Below are positions 55,395 to 64,000 of a DNA stretch of 64,000 nucleotides, piece after piece. The stretch's first letter is position 1. Every line of letters starts with the position of its first letter. The DNA comes from the human T2T-CHM13v2.0 reference genome, Homo sapiens. Where the stretch lies: NCBI RefSeq assembly GCF_009914755.1, contig NC_060928.1; one strand, written 5' to 3'. The notes under the pieces were generated by a model that ran no database searches, was not told where the DNA came from, and was given only the letters and a program-made list of their open reading frames with translations. Made by a program: the position numbers and the translations under genes.

Positions 55395-57327
55395 GTTCCC
55401 AACTCCAGGTCCTGGCTCCCATATAGCTTTTCTGGACCCACCCTGGGCCAGAGGGGAGCTCACTGTCTTGAAGGTAAGGATACAAGCCTGTTAGGATTTA
55501 CCAGCTGCTGATTGTAGAGCCCCTGGGCCTTGAGGGAGCATTGGTGGTTACCAAGCAGTGGTTGCTGTAGGCCTTGGGCAAGTGACATGTTGTCTTCAGG
55601 TCTGATCCAGTGCAGTCCCAGTGGTGGTGGCTACATGGTTGCTTGTGCCATCTCTCCTCCAGCTCCTGGCAGCTCAGCATGGAGGGGGACTCCATTAGTT
55701 TGGGAGAAACTAAGGGGAGAGAATGAGTATCTGCATGGGAATCTGGAGAATTCTCTTGGATCTTACCCAAGACCACCAAGGCTGTATCTATATGAGTCTG
55801 CAAAGGTCACAGCATTTCTGGGCTTGGGGTGCCCCCTATTGCGGATAAGGCTGCAGTAACCAAAGACTTGAATCACAACACTCAATTCCCTTTGAACACT
55901 TGGAAAGCCTTCCCAAAAAGGATGGGTACAAACTGTGAAGACTATAATAAATACCTAACTCTTCAATACTCATACTTTGATGAAAATACATAAGCATCAC
56001 AACCATCCAGGAAAACATGACCTCACCAAATGAAATAAGTCACTAGTGACCCATCCCAGAGTGACAGAAATATGTGACCTTTCAGACAGAGAATTCAAAA
56101 TAGCTGTTTTGAGAAATCTCAGTGAAGTTCAAAATAACATGGAGAAGGAATTCAGAATCCTAAAAGATAAATTTGACAGTGAAATAATTAAAAACAATCA
56201 AACAGAATTTCTGGAACTGAGAAATTCAATTGACATACTGAAGAATGCATCAAAATTTCTTAATAGCAGAATTGAAGCAGAAGACAGAATTAGTGAGCTA
56301 GAAGACAGGCTTTAAAAAACACAGAAGAGACAGAAAACAAGAAAAAAAGACTGAAGTTTACCTGCAAGATCTAGAAAATAGCCTCAAAAGTGTTATTGAC
56401 CTTAAAGAGGAGGCAGAGAGAGATCAGGGTAAAACATTTATCAAAGGAAAATAACAGAATTTTCCAAACTGGGATAAAAGTATCAATATTCAAGTATAAG
56501 AACGTTACAGAACACCAAGTAGATTTACCCCAAGTAAGACTACCTCAAGACATTTAATAAACAAACTCCCAAAGGTCAAAGATAAATAAAGGATTCTAAA
56601 AAAGCAGCAAGAGAAAAGAAGCAACATACAAAGGAGATCCAATATGTCTGGCAGCAGACTTCTCAGTGGAAACATTACAGGCCAGGAGAGAGTAGCATAA
56701 CATATTTAAAGTACTGTAGGGAAGCATTTTAATCATTGAATACTGTATCCAGTGGAAATATGCTTTAAACATGAACAACAAATAAAGACTTTCCCAGACA
56801 AAAGCTGAGGGATTTCATCAACACCAGATCTAGCCTACAAGAAATGCTAAAGGGAGTTCTTCAGTCTGAAAGAAAAGGCTATTGATGAGCAATAAGAAAT
56901 CATCTGAAGGTACAAAACTCACTGGTAGTAGTAAGTACACAGACCAACACAAAATATTATAACACTGTAATTATGTATAAATGACTCATGTCTTGAGCAG
57001 AAAGACTAAAAGATGAACCTATCAAAAATAACTACAATAACTTTTTAAAGCCCAGTATAATAAGACATAAATAGAAACAACAAAAAGTTAAAAAGTGAGG
57101 AGGGGGTATGAAGTTAAAGTATAGTTTTTATTAGTTTTCTCTTTGCTTTTGTAATCAGTGTTGCCATTGGCTTAAAATAATGGGTTATAAGATTTTATTT
57201 GCAAGCCTTATGGCAACCTTAAATTAAGAAACCTACAAGAGATATACAAAAAATAAAAAAGCAAGAAATTAGAACATACCACCAGAGAAAATAACCTTCA
57301 CAAAACAGAAGACAGGAAGAAAGCAAA

Positions 57328-57397
57328 AGAGGGAGAGGGGGGGAATAGAGGGAGGGAGGGAGGGAGGGAGGGAGGGAGAGGAAGGAAGGAAGGAAGG
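57328..57397. repeat. (GGGA)n(GGAA)n tract, G-quadruplex/triplex-prone
   Basis: Seen directly in the L1 inter-ORF region. Confidence 0.85.
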
Positions 57398-59774
57398 CAG
57401 GTAGATAAAACAATCAGAAAACAAATAACAAAATGGCAGTAGCAAGTCCTTATTAATAATAACATTTAATGTAAATGAACTAAACTCTCCAATCAAAAGA
57501 CAATGAGTGGCTGAATGGATAAAAAAACAAGACCCAGTGATATGTTGTCTTCAAGAAACACATCTTGCCTATAAAGACACACGTAGGCTGAAAATAAAGA
57601 GATGGATAAAGATATTCTATTCAAATGGAAACCAAAAAAGAGCAGACAAAAAGATTTCAAGAAAAATACTACAAAAAGAGACAAAGAAGGTCATTATACA
57701 AAGATAAAGGGGTAAAATTCAAGAAGAGTATCACAATTTTAAATATATATGTAGCCAATACTGGAGTCCCCAGATATACAAAGCAAATATTATTAAAACT
57801 AAAGAAAGAGATAAGAAATCAATACAATTTGGTGACTTTAAGGCCCAGCTTTCAGCATTGGACAGGTCTCCCAGACAGGAAGTCAAAAAAGAAACATGGG
57901 ACTTAATCTGTACCATAGATCAAAGGGACCTAATAAATATTTACAGAACATTTCACCCAATGACTGTAGAACACACATTCTTCTCCTCAGTACATGGATC
58001 ATTCTCAAGGATAGACCACATGTTAGGCCACAAAACAGGTCTTAAAGATTTCAAAAAATTGAAATCATATCAAGTATTTTCTCTGACCACAAGGGAATAA
58101 AACTAAAAATTATAAATAAGAGGAACTTAGAAAACTAAACAAGCAAATGGAAATTACACAATATGGTCCTGAATGACTAGTGGGTAAATGAAAAAGTTAA
58201 AAATAAAACTTAAAAGTGTCTTGAAACAAATGAAAATGGAAGCACAACATATCAAAACCTATGGGATACAGAGAAAGCAGTACTAAGAGGAAAGTTTATA
58301 ACAATAAGTACCTACATCAAAAAAGTAGAAAACTGTCAAATAAACAACTTAATGGTGCATCTTAAAGAACTAGAAAGGCAAGAGCAAACCAAACCCAAAA
58401 TTAGAAGAAAAGAAATAATAAAGATAAGATCAGAAATATATGAAATTGAAATAAAAAACAACACACAAGGTAATAAAACAAAAGGTTTTTTTAAAAAAAT
58501 AAAATTGACAAAACTTTAGCAACACTAAAGAAAAAAAAGACCCAGATAAATAAAATCAGAGATGAAAAAGGAGACATTACATCTGATACCACAGAAATTC
58601 ACAGAATTATTAGTGGGCTACTTAATATCTATATGCCAATAATTGGGAAACCTAGAAGAAATGGATAAATTCCTACACACATACAACCTATCAGGATTAA
58701 ACCATGAAGTAATCCAAACCCTGAATAGACCAATAAGAAGTAATGAGATCAAAACTGTAATGAAGAGTCTCCCAATATAGAAAACCCAGCACCCAATGAC
58801 TTCACTGCTGAATTTTAATACCAATCCTGCTCAAACTAGTCTAAAAAATAGAAGAGGGAATACTTCCAAACTCATTCTATGAGGCCAGTAATATCTTAAT
58901 ACCAAAACCAAACAAAGAAACATTAAAAAAAGAAAACAACAAGCAAAGTCGTTGACACACATTGATGCAGAAATCCTCAACCAAAAACTAGCAAACTGAA
59001 TTCAACAACACATTAAAAAGATCATTTATTATGACCAAGTGGGATTTATCCCAGGGATGCAAGAATAGTTCAATATATGCAAATAAATAAATGGATACAT
59101 CATATCAACAGAATGAACAAAATCCATATAATTATTTCAAAGCATTTGATAATTTTCAACATCCCTTCATGATAAAAAAAAAAAAAAACCCAAAAACTGA
59201 GTGTAGAAGAAACATACTTCCAACATAATAAAAGCTGTATATGACAGACCCACAGCTAGTATCATACTAAACAGGGAAAAATTAAAAGCCTTTCCTGTGA
59301 GATCTGGAACAAAAATTTATTGTACATTTAAAAATAACTAGCAGAGTATTCTTGGATTGTTTTTAACACAAAGAAATGATAAATGCTTGAGGTGATGGAT
59401 ACTCCACTTACCCTGATGTGATTTTTACACATCATATGCCTGTATCAAAGCATATCATGTACCCTTTAAATATATACACTTACTATGCACCCATAAACAT
59501 TTTAAAATATTAAATTAGAAAAAGACAAAAATGTGTCTTGGTTTATATATAAATTATGTGATCATCCTAGCTGTGACTCTCTACTACCCAGATTCTAAAG
59601 TGTCCTGAATCCCTGTTCTCCAGTATCCTGAATCCCACACTCTCTTCTGGCATCTGCATTGCCTATCCAATGCTGGCCAGATGGGTATCTCCGAATTTGG
59701 AGCTCTAGAACAGTTCCCAGGGCAGAGAGACCAGTGCTGATGCTTACTATCTTTTCCTGAGAATAGAAGCTGCA

Positions 59775-60055
59775 AGAAGGTAGATTTTAGTTAAATATAA
59801 AAAAGACTAAAAAAAAAAAATTTAAAAAAATTTTAAAAGATTAAAAAAATTAAGAAAAGACATTTCTACAATTAACATCATTCAAAAAACTGATACGTGT
59901 TACCTTGTAAGGCAGTGAGTTTCCTATTTTGGGGGCAGTTCACATGGAGATGCGATTAGCATTTATAAAAGATATTATAGAATGGATTCTTTAATTCATT
60001 GGAAGATTGGAATAGATACATTCTAAAATTCTCTTAGGTCTAAGATTCTGTGATT
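59775..60055 (+). mobile_element. L3/CR1 3'-end fragment
   Basis: ttaccttgtaaggcagtgagtttcc...gattggaatagat...aagattctgtgatt tail. Confidence 0.6.
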
Positions 60056-60532
60056 TGAAATGACATGACCCACTTGGAACAGGGCCAACTGGGTCTTTTT
60101 CAGGGGATCACTTATTGCTCTCAAATGCAGTTGCTTAAGATAGCTGTGATATGAACTGGATCTTTAGATGAAGTGCTCAACCATATTTTCTAAAATAGTT
60201 TAATAGTAGTGATATTTTCAATGTTTCCAAAAGTGGAATTTCCTCTCTTTGCCTTAGGGAATTGCCACTATAGAATCTAATACTGTGTCTTTTCAACTGA
60301 ACTGATAAAAACATGACTCTTCTTAAAGCCATTATTTTTAAGTGCACTATTTTCTCTACAATTCTGGTCATGTTTGCTGCAAGTAAAAGAAAGAAACTGT
60401 GATTAGCTACACTCACATGATGTAATGGATGATTGCTAGCTTTGTTCTCTTTCCCTTGTGCATCCCTAGGGGCTTGCTTTGCCTCTAATGCCACATAAAT
60501 TATTTCTTTTTCACTGTAAAAGAGAGAGAGAG

Positions 60533-60893
60533 TGATATGGTTAGGCTGTGTCCCCACCCAAATCTCATCTTGAATGGTAGCTCCCACATGCATATTGTGG
60601 GAGGGACCTGGTGGGAGACAATTGAATCATGGGGGCAGTTTCCCCCATACTGTTCTCCTGGTACTCAATAAGTCTCAGGAGATCTGATGATTTTATAAGG
60701 GATTTCCCCTTTCACTTGGCTCTCATTCTCTCTTGCCTGCCACTGTGTAGGATGTCCCTTTGCTCATTGTCTTCCGCCATGATTGTGAGGCCTCCCCAGC
60801 CAAGTGGAACTGTGAATCCATTAAACCTCTTTTTCTTTATAAATTACCCAGTCTCAGGTATGTCTATTAGCAGCAAGAAAACGGACTAATACA
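60533..60893 (+). mobile_element. THE1B/C solo LTR
   Basis: tgatatggttaggctgtgtcccc...cggactaataca; TSD GAGAG within a (GA)n run. Confidence 0.93.
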
Positions 60894-62129
60894 GAGAGAG
60901 CGTGAGAGCAGGAGAAAGGGAGATGGATAAATATTGAGAGGGAATAAAGAAAAAGGAAGGAGAAAGATATGAAGTAGTCACAGACAAAGTGATAGAATTG
61001 CTTTACTTTCAAATTAGGCCTTGGTAGAATTGCCTTGTGATGGAATAGTTAAAAATATGCTATAAAATACATCGATATTCACACAAGTTAAAGAAGAATA
61101 GTATAATTTCAGAAAACAAAACCATCATTACGGACAATGAGAGTGAATAGAGAATACAGTCAAGTTTCTGCTTTGACTTTGCTCTGTATAAAAAATATTT
61201 TTAAATATCATATTCATACTTACAAATTTGAAAATACGTAGTCTGATACATTTAAAGTGGCTGACTTCCTTTTTTATTTTTTGGCCACTACAGTTTCTTT
61301 CCCTCTTTGAGGCACAAACCAAACCAAGGTCCCCTGGTTCTAGCTTCTGGTTGAGTTCTTGTTTGCATTGTGGAGTATGGAGGCTGGCTTTGTAGTGGCC
61401 ACCAGCCTGCCTTATCTATTCTCTTCTACCGTCTTTCTCATTCTTCTCCCTTTTTCAATTTTTGACAGCCCAGTCATAATCACAACAAACCTGAATATTT
61501 TTCCTAAATTGTTTTTCCTTTCAGAATTTACTTCTAAGAGAAGCCATGCCATTTGTTATACGGATTCCAAATTTGGTTTTAATTTCATAATTAAAACTAA
61601 AAGCCTTATCTTTGAACAAAATGGATTAATTTAAGGATTTCTAGGAGTCATTTCAGATAAGGACAACATCAGAGGGCTCAATGAATCTGATGAATGTGTC
61701 ATAACCTTTTGGAGACATGAGAAAGAGAAAAACAAAAGTCTCTTTTTGAACAATCGCCAAAACAGCAAAAAATCTACCTCATGTGGCTCTTCTGAGCATG
61801 AAAATAAAAATAGTAGCAAAATTTTGCCCCCTAAACAGTTGCAAATTGATCTCATACTATTGTTTCTTACTTATTCTTAAGTGATATTAAGAATTGTTGG
61901 CTTTATCGGTCAAGAACAAAAGTAGAGTGTTATCAGTTCTCAAAAAGTCAGCCTCTAAGTGTCTCACGTCAACTTCTTTCTTATAGGTATTAGCCGTTTT
62001 TCATTATTACTTGTTCATTCCTCTTTTTCCACTCTCTTTATCCTCTTTTTTTCTGTCATTCACTTCTTAGTTTCCATAGTTTTATATATCATCTAAAAGT
62101 TGTTGACTGTCAATTTGTATCTGCATTCT

Positions 62130-63550
62130 TCATTTTAATAAAAATGTTACTCTGCTGTCTTCTCATTTGCTTTTGTCTCTGATATGAAATCTGGTGTCAT
62201 TGTTAAATTCGTTCTTTAGTAGGTACTCTATATATTTTCTATGGCTGTGTTTAGATTGTTCTTTATTACTGGTTTTAACCAATTTGATTATAATGTATCT
62301 AGGTATAGTTTTCTTCATGTTTCTTGTGATTGAGTTTATTGAATTCTCAGGTATATAGGTTTTCATGCAATTTGGAAACATTTTTCCATGACTTTTCCTA
62401 ATATTCTTTCTGTTCTACTCTCTTTAGGAGACTTCAATTAAAGGCAAATTAGACCACTTGAAGTCATTCCACAGCTCACTAATCCTTTCATTATTTCTTA
62501 CTCCTTTTCTTCTTTTGCATAGTTTCTATTGCTATGGCTGTAAGTTCACTAATGTTTTCTTCCATAATGTGTAATCTGCTATTAATCCCATGCAGCACTA
62601 TTTTTTTTTTAAATTTCTCACATTGTAATTATCACCTCAACAAGTTTGTTTTTCCCTCAAATTTTCTCTCTATTTAACCTTTTGAACATATGGAATACAG
62701 TTTTAAAAAACTGTTTTAACATCCTTGTCTTCTAATTCTAACATCTGTATCTGTCTGAATTTAGACAGGTAATATTGATTATATTGATTGCTGATGGGTC
62801 ATTGTAAATTTTAACTTGTTGAGGGTTGGACACATTTTTGTTTCCTGCAAGTATTCTTGAGCTTAGTTCTGGGATATACTCAGTTACTTAGTTCTTGCAA
62901 ACAGTTTGATCTTTTCAAATCTTGCTTTGAAGATTTGCTAAATGAGACAAGACAAGTGCTCAGTCCAGGGTTTATTAATCCCCACTACTGAGGGAAGGCC
63001 TTTTGTGTACTCTACCCATTGCCTATAAACAATGAAGTTTTTATTCCGGCTGGTTGGGACAGGCACTATTTCTGGTCCTGTATGAGTTCCAATTATTTTT
63101 CAAGTGGTCCTTTCTCCAGCCTTGGATAATTTCCTCACATACATGAATGGATCTATACTTTGCTAAATACCTGAGGGGAACCCTATGTGGATCTCTGGAA
63201 TTCTCTTTCTGTGTACTCTCTCCTCTCTGCTACTCTGTCCTGTGAACTCCGCCTCCTTGGCCTCCCAGCACTCTCCACTCCATCTCCTCAACTCAGAATC
63301 TTCCAGGCTTTACTTGGGTTCCTCTTTCCTGTGTCAGAGCATGTAAACTCTCTCAAGGAAGTAACCCAGGGCAATTGTACACCTCATCCCATTGGTTTCT
63401 TTCCTCAGTTTCACTGTCCTTTGTTTGCCTGGTGTCAAGTGTCTTAAAAACTGTTGTTTCATATATTTTTTTCGATTTGTTCATTGTTTGAGGTTAGAGG
63501 ATAAGTCCAGCCCCTATTGCTCCATGGTGACTGGAGGGAGGCCAGTCTCC
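62130..63550 (-). mobile_element. Old L1 (L1MD/MC-like) 5' region and ORF1 fragment
   Basis: Minus ORF 62163-62381 FPNCMK...RNMKKTIPRYIIIKLVKTSNKE resembles L1 ORF1; 5'-UTR-like ccccactactgagg...tgtactctaccca. Confidence 0.75.
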
Positions 63551-63689
63551 AATTTTGGCCTTTTTCTTCAACAGCAACTACCCACTCAACATTAAAACTT
63601 GACTGTCTAACATTCTACATTATTGTGCACACAATTGAATTCTTTTTATCTGCAAAAGCTGCTTTTAAATTCTCCACTGTGCTCTGGTC

Positions 63690-63860
63690 ATTCAAGCCAA
63701 AATTTATAATCATCCTCTTTTATTTCTCTTTTATGCCCCATAGCCTATCCATCATCGAATACCATGAACTCCACCTTCCAGATACATTCCAAATCCAACG
63801 TCTTTATACCTTAACTGATACCACTTTACTCCAAGAAAACATCAGATTACTGCAATAGCT
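63690..63860 (+). mobile_element. L2 fragment
   Basis: tatccatcatcgaataccatgaactccaccttccagatacattccaaatcc...gattactgcaatagct. Confidence 0.5.
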
Positions 63861-63863
63861 CAG

Positions 63864-64000
63864 TGTCAGCCCGGGATCTGGCAGGGTTAAAAGATAGTAC
63901 ACACAAACTGATGAATTAGAGAGAGAAGCTAAGGAGATTATTTGAAAAGGTGAAGGTAGGGTTAGGGAAACCAATAAAGAAATGTTCTATCAATAGGAAG
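63864..64000 (-). mobile_element. Probable old ERVL-class LTR (LTR33/LTR41-like) running off the window
   Basis: tgtcagcccgggatctggcagg...aagatagtacacacaaactg...aggtagggttagggaaaccaa. Confidence 0.35.

Larger units (their letters stand above)
53538..59527 (+). mobile_element. L1MA2/3-like LINE with 5' UTR, ORF1, partial ORF2 and 3' end; large internal deletion
   Basis: Starts gaggaggaggcagagcaagatggctgaatag; ORF1 peptide EICDLSDREFKIAVLR; endonuclease peptides AEWIKKQDPVICCLQETH and TFFSSVHGSFSRIDHMLGHK; L1MA 3' UTR; TSD aaaatgtcttggtt (53524-53537) vs aaaatgtgtcttggtt (59528-59543). Confidence 0.9.

Overview
AT-rich mammalian genomic DNA, almost certainly primate or human (Alu, L1PA, THE1/MST, MLT2A1/HERV-L). 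I find no host protein-coding exon, RNA gene or CRISPR array; every ORF in the track that I can identify is a retroelement fragment or low-complexity noise. The window is dominated by transposable elements. Three class-III (ERVL-type) proviruses lie within 27 kb: an ancient one at 10395-16186 (+, GTAAC TSD), an LTR16/HERV16-type one at 17538-~21975 (-), and a near full-length HERV-L/MLT2A1 at 28784-37331 (+, CCCCC TSD). There are also five THE1/MST solo LTRs, an LTR18 solo LTR, a TSD-flanked L1MA with an internal deletion, other L1/L2/L3/MIR/Alu pieces, and Tigger3 and Charlie DNA transposons. The most striking signal is an antisense fragment of apolipoprotein A-IV-like coding sequence in both LTRs of the ancient provirus, i.e. 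host-gene capture into an LTR; this may already be noted in Repbase/Dfam LTR53/MLT2F-type consensi. Other candidates are a cluster of DUX4-type motifs, a triple AGGTCA nuclear-receptor array, a perfect NRF2/NF-E2 site, several fold-back micro-insertions and microhomology deletions. I do not see convincing evidence of an intact novel gene system. Subfamily names are from recalled consensus sequences and need RepeatMasker/Dfam confirmation.
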